DNA of 64,000 bases from an uncultured Hormoscilla sp. (GTDB lineage Bacteria; Cyanobacteriota; Cyanobacteriia; Cyanobacteriales; Desertifilaceae): assembly GCA_963921275.4 (NCBI GenBank), contig OZ001293.3, positions 5,824,001 to 5,888,000 on the forward strand. Reading direction: 5' to 3'. Shown piece by piece: positions 8,975 through 22,317 of this stretch; within the stretch, counting starts at the first letter, position 1, and each line of letters starts with the position of its first letter. The notes beneath the pieces are model-generated. The model searched no databases. It was not told where the DNA came from and was given only the letters and a program-made list of their open reading frames with translations. The translations under genes were made by a program, and so were the position numbers.

Positions 8975-11374
8975 TTAATTGCCGATCGAAAAGCCCCGGG
9001 GTGTGGATCGATGTTCGGCCAACAGGACCTCAAAGTCCACCCGATCGCTTTTTTCTCCAGCTTTCACTTGCAAGGTCCAGTTACCGGGCTGCAATGACCA
9101 AAATAAATGATTGGATGCTCCACTGGCAAGTTTTTTCCCATTTAACCACCATTCTACAGCTTCATCCTCTATGCCAGCGAGTTTGAACTCGACGCGGGAT
9201 GCAGGTTTTAGCAAGAAAACATCTCCATTCCGAGGCGAGACAATTTTTAAGTCCGTAGCAAACAGGGCGGGCGCGTGCTGCATGGCGACCCATTCGTCGT
9301 ATTCTGGAGGCAAGTCAATCCTATACTCGAGATCGTCACTCTCGTCAGATACTAGCTGATAGAAACTGTCAAGGTGGCGATCGTGTCTGGAGCGTGCCGC
9401 GTCCTTCAGGACAAGAGCCGCGGAAGACTCGAAGTACTCGGTCAAGTCTTCGGGATAGAAATATTCTTGCACTACAGCAGGACAAGCGGGAGTCGGTCGC
9501 AACCCGGAAAGGGCGCAGATCGGTTGTTGGACGAGATGTTCCGGTGGAGGAAATGCTGGCGGTGCCGATGTTTCGTGCAAGTGTAACATAATCCGCCGCC
9601 AAAGTGGGGCTGCACCCGTGACTCCAGATACCTCTTGCATGCGATCGCCATTAAAATTCCCGACCCAAGTTGCCACAGTATAGTCTCGAGTAAACCCTAG
9701 GGTCCAGGTATCGCGATAATTAGAAGATGTCCCGGTTTTCACTGCTGCTGGGAAGGGTAAGTTCAATACTGAGTCTACGCCAAATGCGATCGCCCGGGCG
9801 TGGGCGTCACTCAGCATATCTGTAATTAATGCCATTGTCGATCGGCCCAAAGGTGAAGCATCAAAATTAAGGTTAGAGGATGTTTCTACAGGGATAACGG
9901 ATAACCAGATCGCATCTCCCAGTCGGGCGAGGGTAAGGTAGGCGCGGGCCAACTCCCAGAGATTGACTTCGTCGCTACCGAGGGCCAACCCCAAACCATA
10001 ATATTCTGGAGACTCGTCCAGATGTGAAAATCCTAGCTGATGCAGGCGATCGAAGAAATTTTCTACTCCCACTCGTTCCAAGACTCGGACTGCGGGAATA
10101 TTCAGAGAATTGGCCAAAGCGACCCGCACTCGTACTGGTCCGTGAAAGGTTTCGCTGTAATCTAGAGGACTATAGAGTTTGGCACCGGGAATGGGGTAAT
10201 GGGTGGGTACGTCTGCCAAGATCGTATTGGGATGGATCAGACGTTTTTTTAAGGCCAACTCGTAGAGAAAAGGTTTGAGAGTACTGCCCGGTTGTCGCAA
10301 AGCTTGCACCCCATCATTGCGACCTAACTTGCCTGCGTTATTGTAATCTGGAGAACCAACATAGGCTAAAACTTCCCCAGTATGATTGTCTATTACCAAG
10401 GCGGCGCCATTATGAACGTTATTGGGGGCCAGATTGTCAATGATTTGCTGCACTTGCGCTTCCACGAACTGCTGCAAGGGGCGATCGATGCTGGTTATAA
10501 CTACCGCCGGATGCTGTCGGGGCAGTTGCTGGGCGACAAAGAACAGAAAATGTGGGGCGGCGATAATTCCTCGGTCGCGCGGTTGCAAAGAAATCTTTTC
10601 TGCGTAGGCCCGATCGCCTTCTGGGCGGGTAATGTACCCGTCAGCTACCAGGCGATCGATCACGTAAGCTTGTCGTTGCTTTAACCCTTGCCAATTACTA
10701 TAAGGATTGAGATCCGTGGGGTCATTAGGAATAGCTGCTAGGAGAGTAGCTTGGGCTAAATTCAGGTCGGCGGCTGGAATGCCGAAATAAGTCCGGGCCG
10801 CCGCTTCTACTCCATAGACATTACCACCCATTGGCAATCGATTAATGTAAGCTTCCAGAATTTCCTCTTTACTCATGCCAGCGGTTAAGCGCCAGGACAG
10901 CCAAACTTCCCGAATTTTGTTGGGTATAGTGCGGGGACTGGGGTCTAGCATCCGCGCTAATTGCATGGTAATTGTCGATGCACCGCTGACGATCTGCTTT
11001 GCTTGCATCGCTTCTAACAAAGAACGGGCGATCGCCTGCATATCCAGGACCCCATGTTGATAATAGCGCTGATCTTCTGCCGCAATAATTGCGTGAATAA
11101 AGTAATCCGATACTTGCCCATCGAGACGAACGACTGCGGTATTTTCCTGATTGCGAGTGAGAATAGTTCCCAAAGCAAGTCCGTTGCGGTCCGTAAACTC
11201 GATCGCCTGTTGATTTTGCTCGATATCGCTGCTATGGATAGGGGCGAGATAGGGGAGGGCGCGTACTGTCAAGCAGAGTAGTAGCAACCCCAGGATCGGG
11301 CGCCACCGCCAGCGCCTGGACCAGCGCCTTAATTTTCCCTTTCTCTGGATGAATGATTTTCTTCTTTGTCTCAT
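8975..11374 (-). CDS. pbpC: Penicillin-binding protein 1C
   Basis: AEDQRY and GASTITMQLAR (transglycosylase); PGSTLKPF, SLN, KTGT (transpeptidase); PBP1C C-terminal domain. Confidence 0.93.
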   Translation of the reverse strand: MRQRRKSFIQRKGKLRRWSRRWRWRPILGLLLLCLTVRALPYLAPIHSSDIEQNQQAIEFTDRNGLALGTILTRNQENTAVVRLDGQVSDYFIHAIIAAEDQRYYQHGVLDMQAIARSLLEAMQAKQIVSGASTITMQLARMLDPSPRTIPNKIREVWLSWRLTAGMSKEEILEAYINRLPMGGNVYGVEAAARTYFGIPAADLNLAQATLLAAIPNDPTDLNPYSNWQGLKQRQAYVIDRLVADGYITRPEGDRAYAEKISLQPRDRGIIAAPHFLFFVAQQLPRQHPAVVITSIDRPLQQFVEAQVQQIIDNLAPNNVHNGAALVIDNHTGEVLAYVGSPDYNNAGKLGRNDGVQALRQPGSTLKPFLYELALKKRLIHPNTILADVPTHYPIPGAKLYSPLDYSETFHGPVRVRVALANSLNIPAVRVLERVGVENFFDRLHQLGFSHLDESPEYYGLGLALGSDEVNLWELARAYLTLARLGDAIWLSVIPVETSSNLNFDASPLGRSTMALITDMLSDAHARAIAFGVDSVLNLPFPAAVKTGTSSNYRDTWTLGFTRDYTVATWVGNFNGDRMQEVSGVTGAAPLWRRIMLHLHETSAPPAFPPPEHLVQQPICALSGLRPTPACPAVVQEYFYPEDLTEYFESSAALVLKDAARSRHDRHLDSFYQLVSDESDDLEYRIDLPPEYDEWVAMQHAPALFATDLKIVSPRNGDVFLLKPASRVEFKLAGIEDEAVEWWLNGKKLASGASNHLFWSLQPGNWTLQVKAGEKSDRVDFEVLLAEHRSTPRGFSIGN

Positions 11375-11513
11375 CTGTGTACCTCTGCTATTATCTACTT
11401 ATAACTATATCCTATTTTTTCCCATCAGACAATATTTTTTATATTTTCTTCAAAGCTTGACCAATTCCGATTGTCAATGCTAGACTAGGGGAGAAAGTTT
11501 GGTAGGAGGTAAT

Positions 11514-12074
11514 ATGCCTGTAGAGTTACTCAGACGGATGCTGACAGTTAAAGACTACCACAAAATGATGGCAGATGGGGTCTTAACAGAGGGCGATCGA
11601 GTAGAACTAATCCGAGGAGAAATTATTCAAATGTCCCCTATTGGTCCCCGTCATACCGCTTGTGTGAAGCGTCTGAACGAATTATTCATGTCGCGTTTAG
11701 CAGGAAGGATAACTATTGGAGTTCAAGATCCTGTGGAATTGGATAACAATTCCGAACCGCAACCCGATATATCTTTACTGCGACGGCGTGCTGATTTTTA
11801 CGCAACGGGACATCCCCAGTCAGAGAATATCTTCTTGTTGGTGGAAGTAGCTGACAGCACTGTTAATTACGATAGAGAGGTAAAAGTTCCTCTCTATGCA
11901 GAAGATAACATCAGGGAAGTCTGGTTGGTAAATATCAACGATGGATGTCTGGAAGTATATCGAAAACCTGCTGAAAACGGTTATCAGAATGTACGGCAGT
12001 TCCAAGAGGAGGAAACTGTGACAATACAAGCTTTTCCGGATGTAGTATTTACTGTAGACGAACTGTTGGGGTAA
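11514..12074 (+). CDS. Uma2 family endonuclease (DUF820)
   Basis: RVELIRGEII, EPQPDI, VEVADST, K.PLYA motifs. Confidence 0.9.
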   Translation: MPVELLRRMLTVKDYHKMMADGVLTEGDRVELIRGEIIQMSPIGPRHTACVKRLNELFMSRLAGRITIGVQDPVELDNNSEPQPDISLLRRRADFYATGHPQSENIFLLVEVADSTVNYDREVKVPLYAEDNIREVWLVNINDGCLEVYRKPAENGYQNVRQFQEEETVTIQAFPDVVFTVDELLG

Positions 12075-12267
12075 TGTCAAGATGTCTGAAAATGTGGGCA
12101 CCAGGGCGATCGAACATGTTTGTAGTAAGCACTAAAGTGCTTGCCGGACATGTTTGTAGTAAGCACTTTAGTGCTTGCAGCGATCGCCTGGTAGGGGGGG
12201 CGCGGTTATTGCTATTATACCCAAGGCGAAGCGGACCGATCGCGTTACAGGCTTCGCCAAAAAATCT

Positions 12268-12842
12268 TTACTCAAAATATTCTTCAAAGCTTTCTAAATA
12301 AGCACTAATATATTTTTGTCCCCGGAGAATATAGTAAGGTGAAAACATCTCTTCATAGTCCTGTTGAACTAAAGCCATTGCCCGCCGCATTCGCTCGTGC
12401 CCATAGACAATAAATTGCGCCGTAGAGCTGGCAGAAAATTGTCGTTCTGATGCTTTCACATGATTTTTTAAAGCATCTTTGTATAGTTCTCTTTGTTGAG
12501 CAATGAAAGTCTTGACTTCTTCATTAAATTCGATCAATCCCTCACTGGGAAAATATAACTCCTTCCGTTTCATAAATCCCATGACCATATTCATACATTT
12601 GCGGGTTGACTCCAGTGGTAGACATTCTGGATCGCCTCGACGAAATCCCCACTGCGTACAACCATTTGTGACTTCAAGAGCGCGTAATTTTGCAAGTTTG
12701 GCCAAATCTTGGAAAATTTTGATAATTCTTCAATCTGCGCTTTTATAAGTTGCTGAAATCCTTGAAAATCCTCTGCAAAAAATTCCTTGAGTTCTTGAAT
12801 TTCGGCAAGCTTTGTCCAGTGAATTGTGCGTTTTAGTTCCAT
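12268..12842 (-). pseudogene. Hypothetical protein split by a frameshift near 12710
   Basis: ORFs 12591-12842 and 12268-12705 overlap and read as one protein. Confidence 0.6.
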
Positions 12843-13126
12843 GATTTTTAATTCCTATTCAAGCATTACCATTAATAGCTAGCGCGTTCCCTCTAGAAGA
12901 CAGGGAACCAGAACCGGTTACGTTGGGAAAGGCTGCCCTAACCAACATACTGCTATTATACATGACAGGAGGTGAAGCGGACCGAGGCGCGTTAAGCCTT
13001 CGACCGCGAAGGAGGGGCGATCGGGGATGGTCGGGCGATCGCATGGGGTAGGGGCACGGCGCGACAAAATTTGATTCATCGCGTCCAAATATGCCGTGCC
13101 CCGATACCAGTGAGGGCTAGGAATAG

Positions 13127-13862
13127 CTATTCAGGACAAACAGAGTGGTCGCGATCGAACCAGATTATATAGTAAACCGAGTCAACGCGAAAGCCAAAAA
13201 TCCGCTTTTTCTCATCAATGCGCATTTCTGATAATTTAGCATCTTCCGGTATATTGTCAGGTAAAGATGGATGACTGCTAATCAACTTATAACCAGTCCC
13301 TACTGATTCCCCGCGTTTTTTCGATCCATGACCTTTGATCTGCGCCCAAGTATACTTTTCAATTTTCTGGAGTCCGGCAATTAAGTCATTAATTTCCGAT
13401 GATGTCCAGTCTGACAACAGCCAACGATTTTTATCTGCATAGGTAAATCTGAAGCTAGGATGTTCCTCATCGGTACTACCAGTTAATTTGGCGACCGCCT
13501 TCTCAGAAATCTGCAATGCGCATTTCTGATAATTTAGCATCTTCCGGTATATTGTCAGGTAAAGATGGATGACTGCTAATCAACTTATAACCAGTCCCTA
13601 CTGATTCCCCGCGTTTTTTCGATCCATGACCTTTGATCTGCGCCCAAGTATACTTTTCAATTTTCTGGAGTCCGGCAATTAAGTCATTAATTTCCGATGA
13701 TGTCCAGTCTGACAACAGCCAACGATTTTTATCTGCATAGGTAAATCTGAAGCTAGGATGTTCCTCATCGGTACTACCAGTTAATTTGGCGACCGCCTTC
13801 TCAGAAATCTGCCTGACTGTTTTCTGCTGAGAAGGCTTTTTTATCTTCTGCTTTTTGCTCAC
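13127..13862 (-). pseudogene. Putative toxin partner of the Panacea antitoxin, disrupted by a 298-bp tandem duplication
   Basis: 13217-13514 is repeated at 13515-13812; removing one copy gives a 145-aa ORF ending RIFGFRVDSVYYIIWFDRDH. Confidence 0.75.
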
Positions 13863-14318
13863 CTAAGTTTCCACAAACTCCGCATAGTATAACTTCATGT
13901 CGTCATGAGATATGACATTAGTTGATTTTTGCGCCGGTTCTAACCCTTGGCGAGCGTTGAGCCAAGGAGTTTCTGATTTTGTCAGATCCTGAAGGCGTTT
14001 AGCACTTAATTCTCCATAAGCATTCCAGACTTCTTCTAGCACCTCGATTTCATCCTCTGCTAACTCTATATCTAAATATGCTGGCGCGGGAATATCTCTA
14101 TATTTATAAGCAAGATATTCATCCCAGACATCCCGCACAACTGGACCAGAAACCCAGGCTTCAACATCTTGAGCAAAAAGGGGTTGATTTCTCAATACTA
14201 AACTCCATGCTTGAGCGTAATATACCAACTTTTGCAGCTTGAGGAGAGAAATGGTATCCCCCGCCTCTCTGTCTACGCGACGCAGGAAGTAACGAGCAAT
14301 GTCAAGTGCGTTTTTCAT
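13863..14318 (-). CDS. Panacea/SocA (DUF4065) antitoxin
   Basis: LKLQKLVYYAQAW, EAWVSGPV, ETPW motifs. Confidence 0.9.
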   Translation of the reverse strand: MKNALDIARYFLRRVDREAGDTISLLKLQKLVYYAQAWSLVLRNQPLFAQDVEAWVSGPVVRDVWDEYLAYKYRDIPAPAYLDIELAEDEIEVLEEVWNAYGELSAKRLQDLTKSETPWLNARQGLEPAQKSTNVISHDDMKLYYAEFVET

Positions 14319-14618
14319 GATTTGTTACCGATTATAATTATCCATTATACATGAAATTCCCGTGTAGGGGCGATCGTACAGGTTTGTAGTAAGCACTAAA
14401 GTGCTTGCAGCGATCGCATGGGGTGGGGGCACGGCGCGACCAAATTTGATAGCTCACGTCCAGATTAATGATGCCGTGCCCCGATCCCAACGCGATCGGG
14501 CATTGGGGCGCGAGCATGTCTGGTAGAGGGGCGCGGTTATTGCTACTATACCGAATGGTGGGCGGTGCCCACCCTACGAATGCAACGACAAATGAGTCGC
14601 ACCCACCATAATTATTTA

Positions 14619-15203
14619 TTATCCATTACCCACAGATTTCCAGGATCTCCGGTGCAGAGGGGTGGGACCGTATTTTTGCAAAGCTGCTTTGTGACGAGGG
14701 GTAGGGTAACCTTTGTTTGCTGCTAGATCGTATTCTGAATATTTCTCCGACTCCTCGACAATCAGGTTGTCTCGCCATACCTTCGCGATGATACTCGCAC
14801 AGGCGATCGCCTGATTGAGTTTGTCTCCCTTAATTAGAGTTTCTTGCGGAAATGGTAGATCCCGAATAGGTTGATTACCATCAATTAGACAAAGATACGG
14901 TTGGACCGATAGCTGGGCGATCGCCCGCTTCATGGCCAGCAAGGAAGCTTGCAAAATATTCAGATGGTCAATTTCCGCAACCGAGGCCATGCCGATCTGA
15001 CAGTCTAAGGCAATCGCGCGGATCTGAGTAACCAGGGAATTTCTTTTCTTGCTACTAAGTTGTTTGCTATCGGTGACGCCCCATTCGGCGGTAATCTGCT
15101 GGGCAGTATCTGGAAGAATCACCGCTGCTGCGACTACAGGACCAAATAAAGCTCCTCTACCGACTTCATCTACACCTGCTATAATTATATTATGCTTTTT
15201 CAT
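14619..15203 (-). CDS. rnhB: Ribonuclease HII
   Basis: AGVDEVGRG, DSKQL, IDGN, KGD, ASIIAKV, KGYPT, HRRS. Confidence 0.96.
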   Translation of the reverse strand: MKKHNIIIAGVDEVGRGALFGPVVAAAVILPDTAQQITAEWGVTDSKQLSSKKRNSLVTQIRAIALDCQIGMASVAEIDHLNILQASLLAMKRAIAQLSVQPYLCLIDGNQPIRDLPFPQETLIKGDKLNQAIACASIIAKVWRDNLIVEESEKYSEYDLAANKGYPTPRHKAALQKYGPTPLHRRSWKSVGNG

Positions 15204-15349
15204 GGCTGATCGTTCATATTCATGCCATCTGTAAGGATAACATAATTTACTCTTTCGGGGAAAATTCGCGAGACTATTAAGAATTGTGACAATCTTGCAT
15301 TACCACCCCCTAGATATGTTATAAAATAATTATTGTAACAGGAGGAAGT

Positions 15350-18300
15350 ATGCAAGAAAACAAAATCCTCAGAATTGCCTGGAACTGCCTGCTTGTTCTT
15401 ACCCTGATGGTAGGTATGGCAGGCTGTGGAATTTTAAACATCGCCAGGGGACCGGAACCATTACCAGGGGTTTCCCCTTTACCCCTGCCCGAACTACCGG
15501 ACTGGATCGAAGAAATTAGTCCCACGGGGAAAGCAGAACCTCTCAATCAAATTAGAATTAGGTTCAAACACCCTCTAATTCCTGTGGAAAGTCTGGGCAG
15601 CGATCGCCAGCGATCGCTATTGCAAAGGTTTGAGATCGTGCCGCCCTTACCCGGTCGTTTTCGCTTTTTGACTCCCCGCATGATAGGATTTCAAGCGGAT
15701 AAAGCTTGGCCCAAAGCTACCCGCATCAGAGTTACCCTGAAAGCGGGGTTGGCGGATCTGGAAAATCATCGTCTCGATCGGGATATAGCATGGACCTTCC
15801 ACAGGGAAGAGATCCAGTTAACAAATTTGCCGGGAAAGACATCAGCATCAGAAAGGCGGTACGGGGATAGGGATGAACCCATCGATCTGAAACCAACTCT
15901 GGAATTCACCTCTAATGTAGAATTAGATCCCGATTCTCTTTCCGACCACATCCAACTGATTCCCCAGGGAAGCGATAAGCAAGTGCCGCTGGCAGTGGCC
16001 CTAGCAGAAGATAAGTCATCTGAATATAACCGACCTAGGTCGGAGTTTGACCCTTCAACTCGCAACTGGATATATACGATCGCGCCCCGGTCAAGTCTGG
16101 CCAAAGCAACGACTTACCGCTTGGAATTTACTCCTGGTTTATTGCCAGCGCGCGGTAATCTGCCCAGTGAGATGCTCTTTAGCAGTCAGCTATCAACCTA
16201 CGATCCCCTGAAGTTTTCCGAACTTGAGTTTGTGGGCAAACCTGATGCTGGAGGAACTTACGGACGCTTTGTCAAGGGGACGGCCCAGTTGAAATTTAAT
16301 AATGGTTTAGTAGCAGAGTCAGCGATCGAGAATATCACCGTTACTCCACCGCCGAAAGCATCTCCCCAACTCGTCCGGGCCTATGAAAACTCCCAATTTG
16401 TCAATCTGAATCCTTGGGCCTTAGAACCAGCAACCAGCTATACAATTACCTTGGGGAAAAACCTCCAGGACCGCTACGGACAAACTTTGGGCAAACCCAT
16501 CACCATCAAGTATGAAACTGGGGATGTGGCGCCGGATTTGTGGGCACCTTCGGGTTTGCATATCTTTCCCGCGATCCCGGACTTGCAGCTGAATTTTTCC
16601 ACAGTCAATCTGCCGGAGTCCCAGTACAAAGCTGCTTATCGGGTGGTGAAACCGACGGATTTGGTGTATACTGATTCTGCTTATCCCAGAGGGAACAGTA
16701 ATGATTTGTTACCCAGTGCCAATGCTTGGCAGAGTTTCCCAGTATCGGGTCAGAAAAATAAAACTACTGAGGAGATCGTCCCTTTGCAGGATCGACTGAA
16801 TGGTGACACGGGGATGCTAGCTTATGGGGTGCAAGCAAAAACCAATCCCTATGAGAGAGAAGGTCGGCAACAGTGGCGGGAAGCTAGTTACTATGGTATG
16901 GTGCAGTTGACGAATTTGGGAGTGTTTGCCCAATTTTTTCCGGAGTCAGGGTTAATTCGGGTAAATCATCTCTCGGATGGTGCGCCTGTAGCAAATTCAC
17001 CCGTAGAAATTTATCAGTCCCAATTGTATGCCAAATCTCGCCGGCAACCTCAAGCTTGTGCCCGAGGGACAACCGATGCCACGGGAACTTTACTGCTGAG
17101 TTCTCAAGATTTGCGCCAATGCATGGGAGGCGATCGCTTCTTGTCACCGCCGGAATTGCTAGTAATTGCCCGGGAAAAGCAAGATTGGGCCTTCACTCGC
17201 ATTCGGCGCTATAGCGGTGCCTATGGTTATGATATCTATCCAGAATGGGATAATGGCAAAGCCCGATCGCGAGGAGTAATTTTCTCGGACAGACAACTGT
17301 ACAAACCGGGAGAGAAAGCAGCATTTACAGGTTTTGCTTACTACCTGCAAAATGGCAATCTCCAGCAGGAAAAAAATGCCCGCTACCGGGTAAATCTCAG
17401 AGGTCCGGATGGGAAAAAGACAGATATGGGCACCCAGATAACCAATGAGTTTGGCACTTTTTCTCTCGAACTGCCCCTATATCAAAGTCAAGCATTGGGT
17501 AACTATTATATTAGCGCTAAAGGGACAAAGGGAGTAGAGATATCCGGACGATTTCGCGTGGCCGAGTTCAAACCGCCCAACTTTAAGGTCGAGTTGCAAC
17601 TGGACAAAGAATTTGCTTTCATGAAGGACGAAGTCGAGGCGATCGCCCAAAGCAACTATCTGTTTGGTGCGCCAGTGGAAGGGGGGAAAGGGCAATATTA
17701 CGTAACCCGCCAGCGAACCGACTTTCGGCCCCAAGGTTGGGAGGAATTTGACTTTGGTCCCCAGTGGTTTTGGCCGGAAGAAACACCTTCTGTTTCTAGC
17801 GACTTATTGCAGCGGATCGCCCTGCTAGATGATAATGGTAAAGGTCGGCAAGTATTTCAGGTGGACAAGGACTTGCCCTACCCAATGGAATATCGCGTGG
17901 ATGTGGAAGTAACGGATGTTTCCAATCTGTCGGTCGCTGATTCTCAGAGTTTCGTGGCCTTACCCAGCGATCGCCTAATTGGACTGCGCAGCAAATTCGT
18001 AGCGGCAGCAGACAAACCCTTCCCGGTAGAAGTAATTGTCACCGACCCCACAGGAAAACCCATCAAAGGTCAACGGGTAAGGGTAGAACTGCAACGGATG
18101 AAATATAGCAGCGTGACGCGGTTAGTAGAAGGGAGTCAGCAGCAGCAGAATCAGGTAGAATACGAAACAGTAGCAACAGCAGATGTCAAGTCTGGTAACA
18201 GTCCCCAAACTCTGGAACTGACTCCCACAGAATCTGGTTCCTACCGTATCCGGGCCAATTTTGTCCGTAGCAAGAATGAATCAACGGCCACGGACAAGCA

Positions 18301-18615
18301 AATTTGGGCCACAGGAGGGGGTGCGGTATATTGGGGTTGGCGCGATGACGATCGCCTGGAAATCAAACTGGACAAGGACAGTTATCAACCAGGGGAAACG
18401 GCGACAGCTTTAATTCAATCTCCCTATGAGGAAGGGGAATTATACTTTGCCATCATCCGCGACAAACCCATCTATCAACAGGTGACGGCGGTCAAGGGTG
18501 GTGCGCCAGAAATTAAGTTTCAGGTGACTCCAGAAATGCTGCCGAATGCCGCAGTGGAAGTAGTCTTGATGCGTCAAGGGGAGGATCTTTCCCAGGCGGA
18601 ACTAGAAAAGGTGGA
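15350..18615 (+). CDS. Bacterial alpha-2-macroglobulin lipoprotein, exon 1
   Basis: Lipobox MAGC, TNLG, SDRQLYKPGE, FRVAEFKPP; the frame is interrupted at an intron GTGCG. Confidence 0.9.
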
Positions 18616-19450
<835 letters not shown>

Positions 19451-21917
19451 AGATCTGGTAAAAATTGGGTTTGCGCCTTTTCAGGTCAACTTGTCCGACA
19501 AGTATTTACAGGTGGAAGTGACGCCTACCCAGGAGAAAACCCAACCCGGGGGCACCCAAACAGTACGCTTGGCATTAAAGGATGCCGAGGGGAAACCAAC
19601 TCCCGGACAATTGACAGTTATGGCAGTGAATGAAGCAGTCCTGCAACTGAGTGGCTATCGTCCGCCAGATTTGGTAGAAACAGTATATGCCCAACAGCCG
19701 ATCGCGACTCGTTTCAGCGATAATCGTCCGGAAGTAGTGCTAGAATCCCAAGTAGCCCGGTTAGAAAAAGGTTGGGGTTATGGAGGCGGACGATCGTCCA
19801 GTTCGGCCACCCGCATCCGCAAGAATTTCCAAGCTTTAGCTTACTACAATGGTTCGGTGTTGACAGATAGTAATGGTAAGGCGACTGTCACCTTTAACTT
19901 ACCAGATGACTTGACAACCTGGCGGGTGATGGCTGTAGCTACCGATGGGAAAATGCATTTTGGCAATGGGGAAGCAACCTTCATGACCTCCAAACCCCTG
20001 CTAGCTAATCCCATATTGCCCCAGTTTGCCAGGAAAGGCGATCGCTTCTTCGGCGGCTTATCGGTAACCAACAATACGGGAAGCAAGGGGACTATAGAAA
20101 TCATTGGTTTACCGAGTGGCAATCTGCAGTTTATCGACAAAAACCGTCTCCAGACTCAGATCGACAGAGGAACTCGCGCCTACCGCTTTCTGATGAAAGC
20201 TACTGACATTGGCGAGAGTAAAGTGCAGTTATCAACGCGCTTGAACCAGACAGCAGATGCTTTTCAAGTGCCGCTGGTAGTGAAGCAGCAAGAGGTAACA
20301 GAACAGGTAGTGGAGTCGGGGACGACAGAAGATAAAATCCAGATGACCCTGAATGTGGATAGCAAAGTTGTCCCGGATGCGGGAGGCTTGCATATTTCCC
20401 TGGCCAGTACCCTCATCCCAGAGATTACCGCCCCCGCCCGACAAGTCTTACAAGAAGATTCTTTGCCCTTCTTGGAACCGGCGGCTAGTCAGTTGGCGAT
20501 CGCCTCTAGCTTGCAACAGCTGGGAAAAAAATATTCTCAAGCATTTACGGAGTTTAATCCGCAGCAGCAAGGGATGCAATCGATAGAAATATTCCAGAAA
20601 CTCTCATTACCCGATGGCGGTTTTGCAGCGTGGCCCGGACGGCAACAATCAGACCCCTTTGTCACTGCCTACGCCGCGAAATCTCTGGCGATCGCCCGTC
20701 AGGCATTTCCAGGTCTAGTAGATGCCGGGATGGTATCGCGGGTGAAAACTTATCTGGAGAAAATCCTGGCCAACCCCGGACAATACCAGTATTGCCAATC
20801 TCAACTCTGTAAAAACCAACTGCGCTTAGAAGCATCGATCGCCTTAGCAGAACTGGGAGACCAGCAGAATAAATTCCTGGCGGACATCTATCAAATGCGG
20901 GACCAATTCGATCTGGTAATGCAGATCAAACTAGCCCGTCACCTATCCCGGTTCCCAGCATGGCAGGGAGAAGCAAAAACCATGTCCGATGGCTTGCAGC
21001 AGACCATCTATGAAACCGGGCGGACTGGGAAAGTAAATATGCCGCCAAATTGGCGCTGGATGAGTTCGCCCACAACGGCCCAAGGGCAAGCATTGCGTCT
21101 ATTTATTGCCCGGCAGGCGCAACCGGAAATACTCGATCGCCTGTTACAAGGACTGTTAGCATTGCGGCGGGACGGTACCTGGGGCAGTACCTATAGCAAT
21201 GCCGAAGCCCTCATAGCTTTAGTGGACTATAGTAACCTGCAACCCACCCCGCCTAACTTTACCGCGACAGTACAATTAGCCAGCAAGCAGCTAGCAACAA
21301 ATCAGTTTGTCGGGTATCGCAATGCCAGTCAAGAATTGCAAGTCCCGATGTCAGAATTACCGCGCGGGAACTCCAACCTCGTTTTGCAGAAATCTGGCGA
21401 CGGCACCCTGCATTACCTGGTAGCCTATCGCTATCGTCTCCAGGGAAATCAACCCGGACGGTTCAATGGCCTGCGAGTGACGCGAGAAATTCGCCCTGCC
21501 AATAGCGATGAGATATTGCGCAAAATCGGACTGTTCGCCTCTGACGACCCCTTGGAACTGCCCCCAGGACAAGTCTATGACATTGGTCTGGAAATTATTA
21601 CCGACCATCTCGTAGACCATGTGATTATTACTGACCTCCTGCCCGCTGGGTTGGAAGCAGTAGATACCAGTTTCCAAACCTCTACCCCAGCAGTGCAGGC
21701 CCAGCGGGATAGCTGGCAGATAGGCTATCAAACCATCCATGCCGATCGGGTAGTTGCCTATGCCTCACGCCTGGATGCGGGAGTCTATCGCCTGCATTAC
21801 CTGGTGCGATCGGTCACCCCCGGGACATTCCAGTGGCCCGGTGCCGAGGCCCATTTACAATATGCCCCAGAAGAATTCGGGCGATCGGCTTCTAGCCTGT
21901 TAGAAGTGAAAGAGTGA
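19451..21917 (+). CDS. Bacterial alpha-2-macroglobulin, exon 2 (spliced product about 1910 aa)
   Basis: DLVKIGFAPF..., RIRKNF, LPDDLTTWRVMA, DGGF, LPAGLE, YAPEEFGRS. Confidence 0.9.
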
Positions 21918-21987
21918 TATAAGGTTAGTAGGGTGGGTATTGAGCCCACCTTACTCTTTAACCCGATAGGATATCTCAATATAGCTT

Positions 21988-22317
21988 GTGACAACCGAAT
22001 TTTTCTGCCCCTATCTTGACAGTGAAGTCGAACTGACATATGAGCGAGAACTGCACATTATTAACAGGCATCCTAATTTGGGGAAAGTCTACCAAGATAG
22101 AATTGCTGAAACCTTGGCTGACCCCGATGAGGTTCGCTGCGACGTGCGTTTTGAAGATACGCTCTTATTCTCGCGGTGGTATGCTACGATTAAGAAAGGT
22201 AGATATGTTGTAGTAGCAGTAGTTACTGATACCGTTCCCGAAGAGCGCAATTGGATCGTGACAGCCTACCTAACAAGAAGAGTAACCCAAGGAGAACTGA
22301 TATGGACGAAAAATTAA
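21988..22317 (+). CDS. Putative toxin (DUF4258/BrnT-like)
   Basis: HII.RHP...L.DPD...IVTAY; overlaps the start of a DUF2283 gene. Confidence 0.6.
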   Translation: MTTEFFCPYLDSEVELTYERELHIINRHPNLGKVYQDRIAETLADPDEVRCDVRFEDTLLFSRWYATIKKGRYVVVAVVTDTVPEERNWIVTAYLTRRVTQGELIWTKN

